From contig JAJVHZ010000011.1 of the NCBI GenBank assembly GCA_022072255.1, positions 39,540-103,539 on the forward strand: a DNA stretch of 64,000 bases, given 5' to 3'. Shown here piece after piece: positions 1-9,600 of the stretch; positions within the stretch are counted from its first letter, which is position 1; every line of letters begins with the position of its first letter. The notes under the pieces are model-generated. The model made no database searches and had not been told where the DNA came from. It worked only from the letters and a program-made list of their open reading frames with translations. A program made the position numbers and the translations under genes. Source of the stretch: Gammaproteobacteria bacterium (lineage in GTDB: Bacteria; Pseudomonadota; Gammaproteobacteria; JAJPIJ01).

Positions 1-159
1 CAGCGCCGGCACCAGGACGTCCGGCCGCGCGCCGATGATCGCGACCTCCACACGCGCCCCGAGCCCCTCGCGAACGGCGAGCGCCGCGGCGACGATCTCC
101 CGCGTCACCGGCCGCACGACGCCGCCGCGGTGCTCGGCGATCACGAGGACCGCGCTCAC
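1..159 (-). CDS. etfA: Electron transfer flavoprotein alpha subunit, N-terminal fragment (gene continues beyond the window start)
   Basis: Minus-strand translation begins MSAVLVIAEHRGGVVRPVTREIVAAA, a typical EtfA N-terminus. Its GTG start overlaps the etfB stop (GTGA). Confidence 0.7.
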   Translation of the reverse strand, partial: MSAVLVIAEHRGGVVRPVTREIVAAALAVREGLGARVEVAIIGARPDVLVPAL

Positions 160-953
160 CGCGGGCCTCCCCGGATATCCCTGATCAACGCCGCCAGCGC
201 CGCGGCCTGTTCGCCCGCACGGCCCTCGATCATCCTCGGCCTCGGCCTCGGCGGCACGTACATGCGGCGCACGCGCGCGGCCCTGGCCGCGGCGATCGCC
301 GCGCCGTCGATCGCCAGTTCCGCGAGTGCGGGTGTGTCCACGGATCGGCCGGCCGCCTGGGTGATGCCGCGCAGCGAGGCATAGCGCGGGGTGTTGATGC
401 CGACCTGGATCGTCAACACGGCGGGGCAGCGTATGCGGACGCACTCCTCCAGGCCGCCCTCGAGCTCGCGCCGCACGAGCGCCTCGCCGGCATCGGCGCT
501 GAACTCGAGCGCCCGCACGACCGCCGCCCGGGGCCAGGCGAGCAGCGCCGCCAGCGCCACGCCCGTCTGCGCCTGGCCATGATCGGCGCCCTGGACGCCG
601 GTCAGCACCAGCGCGGGCTGCTCGCGGCGCACGAGCGCGGCGAGCACGTGGGCGATCATCATGCCGTCGCAGTCCTGCAGGCGCTCGTCCCACACCCGCA
701 CGCCCCGGTCCGCGCCCTTCGCCAGGCACTTGCGCAGCTCCGCGGTCGCATCCTCCGCGCCCACCGTCGCGGCCACCACCTCGATGTCCCCGCCGCCGCG
801 CTCCCGGATGCGCAGCGCCTCCTCCAGGGCGTAGTCATCCCACTCGTTCAGATCGCGGTCGCAGTAGTCCCGGTCCACGTCGAGGCCGTCGGCGCGCAGC
901 TCGAACTCGTCGTCCAGGTTCAGGACCTGCTTCACGCAGACGAGTATCCTCAT
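156..953 (-). CDS. etfB: Electron transfer flavoprotein beta subunit
   Basis: 265 aa beginning MRILVCVKQV, the EtfB signature N-terminus. It lies upstream of etfA in the same orientation. Confidence 0.85.
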   Translation of the reverse strand: MRILVCVKQVLNLDDEFELRADGLDVDRDYCDRDLNEWDDYALEEALRIRERGGGDIEVVAATVGAEDATAELRKCLAKGADRGVRVWDERLQDCDGMMIAHVLAALVRREQPALVLTGVQGADHGQAQTGVALAALLAWPRAAVVRALEFSADAGEALVRRELEGGLEECVRIRCPAVLTIQVGINTPRYASLRGITQAAGRSVDTPALAELAIDGAAIAAARAARVRRMYVPPRPRPRMIEGRAGEQAAALAALIRDIRGGPR

Positions 954-984
954 GACCGGCCGCAGCCTCCGCGAACGCCGCCGC

Positions 985-3423
985 TCACGCCCTGACGCGC
1001 TCCATGGCCGGGTCGTAGAGCGGGCGCAGATGCACCCGGGCCGGCACCCGCACCGTGGCGACCTCGAGCTCGTAATCGCCCGTCTCGAGGTAGTCGCGAT
1101 CGACGCCGCCGGGATTGCGTACGTACCCGTAGCCGATGCTGGCGTTCACGGTATGGCCGAACCCGCCGCTGGTCAGCCAGCCCACGCGTTCGCCGTTGCG
1201 GTATATGGTCTCGCGCCCGAGCAGGACGACTTCCGGATCGTCGACCGTGAAGCATGCCAGAGCCTTCGCGAGCGGGCGCTGCCGCTGCCCGACCAGCGCC
1301 TCGCGCCCCAGGAACGGAACGTCCGCGCCGAGCTTCACCGCCCACCCCAGGCCCGCCTCCAGCGGCGTGTTGCCGGGCGTGATATCCGTGCCCCAGGCCC
1401 GGTAGCCCTTCTCCAGGCGCAGGCTCTCGATCGCGCGATACCCGCAGTTGGCGATGCCGTGCGGGCGCCCCGCGGCCATCAGCGCCTCGTAGAGGCTCAG
1501 CGCGAATTCCACGGGGACGTGCAGCTCCCATCCCAGCTCGCCGACGTAGGTCACGCGCAGGGCGGTGACCGGCGCGCCCGCGACCTGCAGCGACCGGGTC
1601 GTGGCGAACGGGAAGGCCGCGTTCGCGAGGTCCTCCTCGCACAGCGCGGCGAGCACCGCGCGCGCGCGCGGCCCGAACAGCGAGAGCACGGCATGCGCCG
1701 AGGTGACGTCGACGAGTTCGGCGTGGGCGCCGGCGGGGATGTTGCGGCGGATCCACTCGAAGTCATGGGTGGCAAAGCCGGTACCGGTCACGATGTAGAA
1801 CCGATCGGCGGCGAGCCGCGCCACGGTCAGGTCGCACTCGATGCCGCCGCGGCTGTTCAGCATCTGCGTATAGGTCAGCGAGCCGGGGGCCCTGGCGACG
1901 TCGTTGGCGCATATCCAGGTGAGGCACGATTCGGCATCGCGGCCGATCAGCAGGAACTTCGCGAACGAGGACTGATCGAAAAGGCCCACGCGTTCGCGCA
2001 CCGCGCGGTGTTCCTCGCCCACGGCGGCGAACCAGTTCTGCCGGCCGAAGCCGTAGGCGTCCTCCGGGGCCTGGCCCGTGGGGGCGAACCAGTTCGGCCG
2101 CTCCCAGCCCAGCTTCTCGCCGAAGCAGGCGCCCGCGTCCTTCAGCCGATCGTAGAGCGGCGAACGCCGCAGCGGCCGCCCGCTGCGATGCTCCTCGTGC
2201 GGCCAGGCCACCGTGTAATGCTTGCCGTACATCTCGAGCGTGCGCTGGCGCAGCCAGCCGCTGTCGCCGTGCGGGCGTCCGAAGCGACGGATATCCACGG
2301 GCCAGAGGTCGTAGGGCGCCTCGCCCCCGGCGATCCACTCGGCGAGCGCCTTGCCGGCGCCGCCCGCCGAGGCGATACCGAAGGCGTTGAAGCCGGCGGC
2401 GACATAGTAGTTCCGAAGCTCCGGCGCCTCACCGAGTATGAAGTTGCCGTCGGGCGTGAAACTCTCCGCGCCGTTCACCAGCTTCTTGATGCCGGCGTTT
2501 TCCAGCGCCGGCACCCGGCCGACAGCCAGGTCCGTCAGCTGCTGGAAGTGCGCCCAGTCCGGCTCCAGGAGCCGGAACGCGCGCGCCGGCCCCTTGCCCG
2601 GGTCATGAGGGATGGGGTCGGGCTCGTAGCCGCCCATCACCAGGCCGCCGACCTCCTCCTTGTAGTAGGTCAGGCGGTCGGGATCGCGCAGTGTGGGCAA
2701 TGTCGGGGTCACGCCGTCGATCGGGTCGGTGATCAGGTACTGATGCTGCACCGAAACCAGCGGGACGTTGACGCCGGCGAGCCGGCCGAATTCCCGCGCC
2801 CACTGGCCGCAGCAATTGACCAGCACCTCGCAGGCGATCCGGCCCATGGAGGTCGCCACCGCGGCGACCCGCCCGTCCACGGTCTCCACGCCCGTCACCC
2901 TGCATCCCTCGATGATCGTCACGCCGCCCCGGCGCGCGCCGATCGCCAGCGCCTGCGTGATGTCCGCCGGGTTCGCCTGTCCATCGGTGGGGAGAAACGC
3001 CGCGCCGACCACATCGTCGATCTCCATCAGCGGCCACAGCGCCTTCGCCTCCGCCGGCGTCAGCAGATCCATCTGCAGGCCGAAGCTCCTGGCGGTCGTC
3101 GCCTGCCGGCGGAGTTCCGTCATGCGCGCCTCGGTGCACGCCAGGCGCAGCCCCCCGTTCATCTTCCAGCCGGTCGCCTGGCCGGTCTCCGCCTCCAGGG
3201 TCTGGTAGAGCGTCACCGAATGTCCGAGCAGCTGCGTGATGCTGGCGGACGTCCGCAGTTGTCCGACCAGGCCGGCGGCGTGAAAGCTGGTTCCGCCCGC
3301 GAGCTTCAGCCGTTCCAGCAGCACGACGTCCTTCCAGCCGAGCCTTGCCAGGTTGTAGGCCACGGAGCAGCCGATGATGCCTCCGCCGACGATGACAACG
3401 CGTGTACTGCCGGGTAGCGTCAT
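985..3423 (-). CDS. Dimethylglycine/sarcosine dehydrogenase family protein (FAD oxidoreductase N-terminal domain fused to GcvT-like aminomethyltransferase C-terminal domain)
   Basis: 812 aa. N-terminal FAD dinucleotide-binding motif VVIVGGGIIGCSVAY. C-terminal folate-binding GcvT-like region. Sits next to etfAB, its expected electron acceptor. Confidence 0.8.
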   Translation of the reverse strand: MTLPGSTRVVIVGGGIIGCSVAYNLARLGWKDVVLLERLKLAGGTSFHAAGLVGQLRTSASITQLLGHSVTLYQTLEAETGQATGWKMNGGLRLACTEARMTELRRQATTARSFGLQMDLLTPAEAKALWPLMEIDDVVGAAFLPTDGQANPADITQALAIGARRGGVTIIEGCRVTGVETVDGRVAAVATSMGRIACEVLVNCCGQWAREFGRLAGVNVPLVSVQHQYLITDPIDGVTPTLPTLRDPDRLTYYKEEVGGLVMGGYEPDPIPHDPGKGPARAFRLLEPDWAHFQQLTDLAVGRVPALENAGIKKLVNGAESFTPDGNFILGEAPELRNYYVAAGFNAFGIASAGGAGKALAEWIAGGEAPYDLWPVDIRRFGRPHGDSGWLRQRTLEMYGKHYTVAWPHEEHRSGRPLRRSPLYDRLKDAGACFGEKLGWERPNWFAPTGQAPEDAYGFGRQNWFAAVGEEHRAVRERVGLFDQSSFAKFLLIGRDAESCLTWICANDVARAPGSLTYTQMLNSRGGIECDLTVARLAADRFYIVTGTGFATHDFEWIRRNIPAGAHAELVDVTSAHAVLSLFGPRARAVLAALCEEDLANAAFPFATTRSLQVAGAPVTALRVTYVGELGWELHVPVEFALSLYEALMAAGRPHGIANCGYRAIESLRLEKGYRAWGTDITPGNTPLEAGLGWAVKLGADVPFLGREALVGQRQRPLAKALACFTVDDPEVVLLGRETIYRNGERVGWLTSGGFGHTVNASIGYGYVRNPGGVDRDYLETGDYELEVATVRVPARVHLRPLYDPAMERVRA

Positions 3424-3438
3424 GGTCTGCGTCCGCCT

Positions 3439-4326
3439 CTATGGTCTTCCGAACCGCTGTTGAAACTCCGCCCAGGCACGCTCGAACCGCTGCAGGTTCT
3501 CGGTCGTGTAGGCGACGTAGTCGAAATCGATGGTCGAGAAGATCTCCGAGACCATGCTCCACATGCTCTCGCGCAACAGCGAGGCGCACTTCATCGCCGC
3601 GTAGCGCCGGCGCAGATCCTCGCTCGGCGCCTTCTCGAAGTACGCCTCCAGCAGCCACTCGTCCTGCTCCGGGGCGAGCGCGTTGTTGGAGGCCAGGCCG
3701 CCGAGATCGAACAGCGGGCTGTTGAAGCCGCCGTAGTCCCAGTCGACCAGCCACAGCCTGGCGCCGTCGTCGATGAAGTTGGCGGCGAGCAGATCGTTGT
3801 GGCCGAACACGATGGTGACCGGGCCCACGGCGCCCTCGAGCTGCCCGGCGAGCCGGGCGAGGCGCGGCAGCTCCGGGACCATGCGGCTGTTGTGCTCCCG
3901 CAGCGTCATGGCGTAGTCGCGCAGCACCTGGAACACCCAGAACATGGCCGCCGGACCGCGGAAGTATTTCGGGATGTCCCGATGGCAGCGTTGAATCGCC
4001 GGGACGATCCGACGCAGCATGGCGTCCTGGCGCACCATCTCCGGCGTGAGCGTCGTGCCCTCGATGTAGCGCATGACGAGCGCTCCGGCCTCCGCGTGCA
4101 CGATCTCCGGCGATATCCCCGCCGCGCACGCCGCCCGCGCGGCGGCGAGCTCGTTGGCGCGCGACACGCCGTGCACCGGCATGTCGTCTCCGATGCGGAC
4201 CACGAAGCGCTCGCCGCCGTGCTCGACCAGGAAATTGGTGTTGGTGATCCCGCCGGCGAGCGGCACCGGATTGACGGGCGAGCGCCAGCAGCCCAGTCGC
4301 ATCGCTCTCTGTCTGGCGCGGTCCAT
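3439..4326 (-). CDS. Choline/ethanolamine kinase family protein (aminoglycoside phosphotransferase fold)
   Basis: GGITNTNFLVE nucleotide-binding loop, HNDLLAANF (Brenner motif) and DWDYGGFN motifs, typical of LicA-like choline kinases. Confidence 0.65.
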   Translation of the reverse strand: MDRARQRAMRLGCWRSPVNPVPLAGGITNTNFLVEHGGERFVVRIGDDMPVHGVSRANELAAARAACAAGISPEIVHAEAGALVMRYIEGTTLTPEMVRQDAMLRRIVPAIQRCHRDIPKYFRGPAAMFWVFQVLRDYAMTLREHNSRMVPELPRLARLAGQLEGAVGPVTIVFGHNDLLAANFIDDGARLWLVDWDYGGFNSPLFDLGGLASNNALAPEQDEWLLEAYFEKAPSEDLRRRYAAMKCASLLRESMWSMVSEIFSTIDFDYVAYTTENLQRFERAWAEFQQRFGRP

Positions 4327-4335
4327 GGCGGCGGG

Positions 4336-6348
4336 CTACGCGATGCCGAGCCGGTGTTTGCGCGCCGCGACCCATGGCTGGATCAGGCGGTCGGCGATGA
4401 TCGCCATGAAGGCGATGCAGACGCCGGCGACGACGCCGCGGCCGACGTCGGCCTTGGCAAGCGCGATGTAGACCTCCTGCCCGAGTTCGCGTGTCCCGAC
4501 CAGCGCCGTGATCACGAGCATGCTGAGCGCCATCAGGATCGTCTGGTTCACCCCGAGCATGATCTCCGGAAACGCCAGGGGCAGCTGGACCTTCCACAGC
4601 AGTTGTCTGCGCGTGCAGCCTGAAGCGACGGCCGCCTCGACGAGCGTCGGGTCGATCTGCCGGATGCCGAAGATGGTGTAGCGGACGGGGAAGACGATGG
4701 CGTAGGCGATCACCGCCAGCATCGCGGTGAAATCTCCGACGCGAAACAGCATCACCACGGGCATCAGGTAGGCGAAAGCGGGCAGGGTCTGCAGCGTATC
4801 GATGATCACCTGCACCACGCGGTTGAGCCGCTCGTGCCGGGCGGCGAGTATGCCGACGGGGATCCCGAGGGCGCAGGCGAGCAGCGTCGCCAGTCCGCAG
4901 AGATAGAGGGTCTGCATCGCCTTCTCCCACTGCCCGGTCACGGCGATGAACCCTGCCAGCGCGGCCACGAGCAGCGCGAGCCTCCACCGTCCCAGGCGCC
5001 AGCCCGCGTATGCCAGGGCGGCGACCACCGCGGCCCACGGCAGCGCGACGAACAGGCGCTTGATCGGCACCATGAAATTGAGCAGCACCCAGGCCTTCAG
5101 CGCCTCGATGAGGTCGAAGAAGTTGACGTTCAGCCACTTCATCGTCTCGTTGATGAGCGGGCCGGTGGTGACCTGAAGCTCCTCGGGATACTGTTGCACG
5201 GCCGGAATCAGCCAGCCGAGCAGCCAGCTCGCCGCGACCACCGCGGTGGCGGCGAGGAGATGCGGGTGGCGGCGCCATCGCGGGCGGGACTCGCCCGGCG
5301 ACTGCGCCGAGGGCGGTCGGGCCGCGTAGGCCTGGCTCAGCCGATCCAGCGCGATCGCGAGCAGCGTGATGGCGATACTCGCCTCCAGCCCGGCGCCGAA
5401 GTTCAGACTGCGCAGCGCGGTCAGCACGTCGCGCCCCAGTCCCCCCGCTCCGATCATCGAGGCGATGATGACCATGTTGAGCGACAGCATGATGACCTGG
5501 TTCACGCCGATCATCAGTCCGCCGCGCGCGGCCGGGACCATGACCCGCCAGGTCAGCTGCCCGCGCGAGCAGCCGGCCATGCGCCCGAATTCGACGATCT
5601 CGGTCGGCACGCGGCGCAGCGCGAGGGTGGTGTTGCGCACCATCGGCGGCAGCGCATAGATGATGGTCGCAATCATCGCCGCCACCGGGTTGAAGCCGAA
5701 CAGCACGAGGATCGGCACGAGGTAGGCGAACACGGGCACCGTCTGCATCAGGTCCATGATCGGCGTGATGGCGCGCTCGAACATCGGGTGCCGGAAGGCA
5801 AGTATTCCGAGCAGGAGCCCGCCGGCCACGCCGAGCGGCACGGCGATGACGATCGACGACAGCGTGATCATGGCGCTGTGCCACTGCCCGAACACGGCGA
5901 TGTAAAGGAAGCAGCCGCACACCAGCAGCCCCAGCCGCCAGTCGCGGGCGTAGAGGGACATCACCGTGACCACGCCGATCGCGCCCACCCACGACAGCGG
6001 CGGCCAGATGAGCACGGCCTGCTGGCCCATGCCGCGCACGAAACCGCCGGAGAGCAGGCTCTTGGCGGCCTCCAGCGGCCACTGCAGCACCCAGGAGATC
6101 GCGCGCGTCAGCTCCTGGAAGGTGAACAGGCCCAGGCTGGCGTCCTCGTACAGCCACTTCACGAAGCGGCTCACCCAGGCCTGCGCGGGCAGGGTCCACT
6201 CCTCGGGGAACGTCACCGCCCAGGGAGCCGCGGCGCGGCCGAGGTACAGGCATACCGCGAGCACCGCGATGGTCGCCCAGGCCCACGGCACGGCCGAGCG
6301 CGGCGTCGCCGTGTCCACTCGTACCGCCGCGGCGGTGCCGGCGGTCAC
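4336..6348 (-). CDS. proW: Glycine betaine/proline-type ABC transporter permease, tandem-duplicated (two ProW-like domains)
   Basis: 670 aa with two repeated permease modules carrying ABC TMD EAA-like loops. Its ATG overlaps the proV stop (ATGA). Confidence 0.75.
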   Translation of the reverse strand: MTAGTAAAVRVDTATPRSAVPWAWATIAVLAVCLYLGRAAAPWAVTFPEEWTLPAQAWVSRFVKWLYEDASLGLFTFQELTRAISWVLQWPLEAAKSLLSGGFVRGMGQQAVLIWPPLSWVGAIGVVTVMSLYARDWRLGLLVCGCFLYIAVFGQWHSAMITLSSIVIAVPLGVAGGLLLGILAFRHPMFERAITPIMDLMQTVPVFAYLVPILVLFGFNPVAAMIATIIYALPPMVRNTTLALRRVPTEIVEFGRMAGCSRGQLTWRVMVPAARGGLMIGVNQVIMLSLNMVIIASMIGAGGLGRDVLTALRSLNFGAGLEASIAITLLAIALDRLSQAYAARPPSAQSPGESRPRWRRHPHLLAATAVVAASWLLGWLIPAVQQYPEELQVTTGPLINETMKWLNVNFFDLIEALKAWVLLNFMVPIKRLFVALPWAAVVAALAYAGWRLGRWRLALLVAALAGFIAVTGQWEKAMQTLYLCGLATLLACALGIPVGILAARHERLNRVVQVIIDTLQTLPAFAYLMPVVMLFRVGDFTAMLAVIAYAIVFPVRYTIFGIRQIDPTLVEAAVASGCTRRQLLWKVQLPLAFPEIMLGVNQTILMALSMLVITALVGTRELGQEVYIALAKADVGRGVVAGVCIAFMAIIADRLIQPWVAARKHRLGIA

Positions 6349-7430
6349 TTCGGCCGTTCCTGGCCGCCGTCCTGCCGGACGAGCAGGTCGATCACCTGCT
6401 GGCGATCGATCATCCCGACTATCGCGGAGCTGCCGTCGACCACGGCATGAGGCTGCGGGCTCTCGACGATCTGTCTGGCCACTGACGCGACCCGCGCCTC
6501 CGCCCGCACCTGCCCGGCATACTCCACCCGCTCGTCGGGCGCGCGCATCAGCGCCCTTACGCTCAGCACCTTCGCCCGCGGGATGTCGCGCGTGAACTCG
6601 GATACGTACGCGGTCGCGGGATGCGTGATCAGCTGCTCGGGCGTGCCGATCTGGATGATCTCGCCGTCCTTCATGATCGCGATGCGATCGGCGAGCCGGA
6701 TGGCCTCGTCGAAGTCGTGGGTGATGAATGCGATGGTCTTCTTCAGGACGCTCTGGATCCGCAGGAATTCATCCTGCATCTCCCGGCGGATGAGCGGATC
6801 CAGGGCGGAGAAGGGCTCGTCCAGGAACCAGATATCCGGTTTCACCGCCAGCGAACGCGCGATCCCGACGCGCTGCTGCTGCCCGCCGGAGAGCTCGCGC
6901 GGATAGCAGGATTCCCGGCCCTTCAATCCCACCAGCTCGATCATCTCGCGCGCCCGCGCCTCGCGCGCCTGCCGCTCCACGCCCTGCACCTCCAGCGGGA
7001 AGGCGACGTTGCCGAGGACGGTCAGGTGCGGCAGCAGCGCAAAGTTCTGGAACACCATCCCCATCTTGTGGCGCCGGATCTCGATCAGCTCGGTCTCGGT
7101 CGCCTTCAGCAGATCCCGGCCGTCAAACAGGACCTGGCCGGCCGAGGGCTCCACCAGCCGGGACAGGCAACGCACCAGCGTGGACTTGCCGGACCCCGAC
7201 AGGCCCATGATGACGAAGATCTCGCCCTCGTGGATGGCAAACTCGACGTTGCGGACCGCCGCGATCAGGCCCGCCCCGTGCAGGTCGGCCGCCGACGGCG
7301 TGCCCGGGAGCATCGCCTGGAAGCGATCGGCGCTCGTTCCGAAGACCTTCCAGAGTCCGCGGCACGCGAGCTTGACGGCGCGCGTGCCGCGCACCGGGTG
7401 GTCCGCGTCACGGGAAGCGGGATCGGCCAT
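6345..7430 (-). CDS. proV: Glycine betaine/proline ABC transporter ATP-binding protein with C-terminal CBS domains
   Basis: Walker A GLSGSGKST, signature LSGGQQQRV and Walker B FLDEPFSALD. The C-terminal extension is typical of ProV/OpuAA. Confidence 0.85.
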   Translation of the reverse strand: MADPASRDADHPVRGTRAVKLACRGLWKVFGTSADRFQAMLPGTPSAADLHGAGLIAAVRNVEFAIHEGEIFVIMGLSGSGKSTLVRCLSRLVEPSAGQVLFDGRDLLKATETELIEIRRHKMGMVFQNFALLPHLTVLGNVAFPLEVQGVERQAREARAREMIELVGLKGRESCYPRELSGGQQQRVGIARSLAVKPDIWFLDEPFSALDPLIRREMQDEFLRIQSVLKKTIAFITHDFDEAIRLADRIAIMKDGEIIQIGTPEQLITHPATAYVSEFTRDIPRAKVLSVRALMRAPDERVEYAGQVRAEARVASVARQIVESPQPHAVVDGSSAIVGMIDRQQVIDLLVRQDGGQERPK

Positions 7431-7515
7431 GGCTCCTGCGGATCACTCCCAGGGGACTCGCCGGACCGCGGGGGGGACGCCCCGCGATCCGTCGCTCACC
7501 GGCAGTCGCTCCGAT

Positions 7516-8466
7516 CTATTGCGTCCACGCCTTCCACGTCGCCTCGTTATTCTTCATCCACTCCGCGACGACGTCCTCGAGCTTGGCGCCCTCGAGATCG
7601 ATCTTGGCTATCAGTTCGCCCATCGTCTTGTTGTCGATCCGGAAGTTGCGCACCGCGGCGTACGCCTTGGGCCACTTCTCCTCTCCGCCCTTCCAGCCGA
7701 CCTTCTTGATCCAGCCGTGCGGCTTGCCGCAGTCATGGGTCTTCTTGGGATTGATGCCCCAGGCCGGATCGGTGTAACAGGCGTCCTCGTACTCGGGAAA
7801 CGCCACCCATTCGCCCTCGTACTTGATGGGCGCCCAGTGCGGCGTGTAGATCCAGAGCAGGATCGGGGCCTGGCGCTGGTAGGCCGACTCCAGCTCCGCG
7901 AACATCGCCGCGTCGGTGCCGGCATGCACGACCTCGAAGGGCAGTTCCAGCGCCTCGACACGCTCCTCGTCGAAGCCGCCCCAGGTGACCGGGCCGCCGA
8001 GATAACGACCCTTCGGCGCGGTCTCGGGGGTGGCGAAGGCCTCCCCACACTGCTTCAGCGCCTCCCAGTTCGGCAGCCCCGGACACTTCTCCTTCATGTA
8101 GGCGGGGAACCACCATTCCTCCTTCGCCTCCATGCCCGTCTCGCCGAGGTCGATCGTCTTTCCCGTGGCGAGCGAGGCGTCCATCGCCTCCTTGCCCGTG
8201 GTCTGCCAGATCTCCATGGCGACCGCCAGGTCCCCGGTCTCCAGACCGGCGAACTGCGCGAGGTAGTCGGCCTGCACGTACTCCACGTTGTAGCCCATCG
8301 ACTTCAGCACCTCACCCATGATGTGGGTGGTGACGTACTGGCCGGTCCAGTCGTGTATGGTCAGCTTGATGGGGTCCTGAGACTCGGCGGCTGGTGCACT
8401 GCCACAGAGCCCCCACGTCAGCCCCAGCAACATGCTGCCGATCAGTCTGCGCCGCTGTGTTTTCAT
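7516..8466 (-). CDS. proX: Glycine betaine-binding periplasmic protein (ProX-like substrate-binding protein)
   Basis: The track ORF runs to 8748, but a signal-peptide start MKTQRRRLIGSMLLGL lies at 8466, preceded by AGGAGG. Trp-rich binding-cage residues fit the ProX family. Confidence 0.75.
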   Translation of the reverse strand: MKTQRRRLIGSMLLGLTWGLCGSAPAAESQDPIKLTIHDWTGQYVTTHIMGEVLKSMGYNVEYVQADYLAQFAGLETGDLAVAMEIWQTTGKEAMDASLATGKTIDLGETGMEAKEEWWFPAYMKEKCPGLPNWEALKQCGEAFATPETAPKGRYLGGPVTWGGFDEERVEALELPFEVVHAGTDAAMFAELESAYQRQAPILLWIYTPHWAPIKYEGEWVAFPEYEDACYTDPAWGINPKKTHDCGKPHGWIKKVGWKGGEEKWPKAYAAVRNFRIDNKTMGELIAKIDLEGAKLEDVVAEWMKNNEATWKAWTQ

Positions 8467-8746
8467 CGGACATGCCTCCTCTGTTGGTTCGTGTAACCTC
8501 GGAACTGCCCGCAAGAACAGCATAGCCCCGCCTGAAGACCGCAGGATGAGGATCATTGCGGCGCGATGGTCGTGCGCGATTTTTCCAAGGGGCCTTCCCG
8601 CGCCATCTTCCTCCTCATCCCACATACAGTCAATGAATCCCACATGAAGCGGGCACGTTTTGTTGCTTTGTGTGGGATTCGAAACTAAGCTCACGCAATT
8701 CAACTGGTCGGGCCGATCGACGGCCACCGAACAGGCGATCGCAGAC

Positions 8747-9505
8747 ATGTTCCCGACACGACGGGAGTCCGAGATACTTCAGGCCGTGCGCCTGCAGGGC
8801 TCCTGCAGCATCGGCGAGCTCGCGGCGCGCTTCGGCGTGTCGGAGGAAACGATCCGCCGCACCGTCAAGCCACTCGTCAGCAGCGGCCTGGTCAGGAGGG
8901 TCCACGGCGGCATCGTGCTGCCGGATCGGTTGAACGAGCCGCCTTTCCAGCGGCGGATGCAGGAGAATCGCGAAGCCAAGCAACGGATTGCCGCGGCCGT
9001 GGCCGCGCGGATCAAGGACGGGGACTCTCTCATGCTGGATACCGGATCGACCACCGCCTATACCGCCCTCGCGCTCGCCAACCACTCCAATCTCGTCATC
9101 ATCACGAACTCGGTGGAGATTGCGCGGATGCTCGCCAGCCGCAACGGCAACCGCGTCTGCATGGCCGGCGGCGAGCTGCGTGCCGATGATGGCGCCGCCT
9201 TCGGGCAGGCGGCCCAGGATTTCGTCCGGCGCTTCCATGTCGACTACGCGATTCTCTCCATCGGCGCGATAAACGAGGCCGGCGTGTTCATGGACTATCA
9301 TCTCTGCGAGGGCGAGTTCTCGCGCGCCGTCATCGAGCAGGCCAGCGAGGTCATCGTGGTGGCGGATCGGTCCAAGTTCGGCACGCGCGCCCCGGTCAAG
9401 GTCTGCGACGCCGAGGCCGTCGATCTGCTCGTCACCGACGGCGCCATTCCGCGCAGGCTGATGCGGAGATTCGTGCAGTCCAATACGCGGGTGGTAGCGG
9501 CCTGA
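8747..9505 (+). CDS. DeoR/GlpR family transcriptional regulator
   Basis: N-terminal HTH (RESEILQAVRLQGSCSIGELAARFGVSEETIRR) plus a DeoR C-terminal sugar-phosphate-binding-like domain. Divergent from the proXVW operon. Start taken at MFPTRRE (8747). Confidence 0.75.
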   Translation: MFPTRRESEILQAVRLQGSCSIGELAARFGVSEETIRRTVKPLVSSGLVRRVHGGIVLPDRLNEPPFQRRMQENREAKQRIAAAVAARIKDGDSLMLDTGSTTAYTALALANHSNLVIITNSVEIARMLASRNGNRVCMAGGELRADDGAAFGQAAQDFVRRFHVDYAILSIGAINEAGVFMDYHLCEGEFSRAVIEQASEVIVVADRSKFGTRAPVKVCDAEAVDLLVTDGAIPRRLMRRFVQSNTRVVAA

Positions 9506-9565
9506 GGCCGCGCCCGCATCGGCGACCGTCAATCGTTCAGGCAGCCACTTGCCCCGCTCGCCCTG

Positions 9566-9593
9566 TTGACATAGTTAGCTACCTAACTATAAT
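9566..9593 (+). promoter_or_regulatory. Near-consensus sigma-70 promoter (TTGACA-N16-TATAAT) with an inverted-repeat operator (TAGTTAG-N5-CTAACTA) in the spacer
   Basis: TTGACA at 9566-9571 and TATAAT at 9588-9593. The spacer tagttagctacctaac contains TAGTTA/TAACTA inverted arms. Lies immediately upstream of the MarR gene. Confidence 0.6.
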
Positions 9594-9600
9594 GGGCGCC

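Noticed and set aside
952-3417. 821-aa plus-strand ORF
   Set aside because: Antisense to the well-supported dimethylglycine dehydrogenase gene. Composition typical of spurious GC-rich ORFs.
2603-6286. 1227-aa minus-strand ORF rich in R/G/A/P
   Set aside because: Artefact of high GC content. It overlaps the choline kinase and proW genes on a wrong-frame or antisense basis and has low-complexity RGAP composition with no domains.
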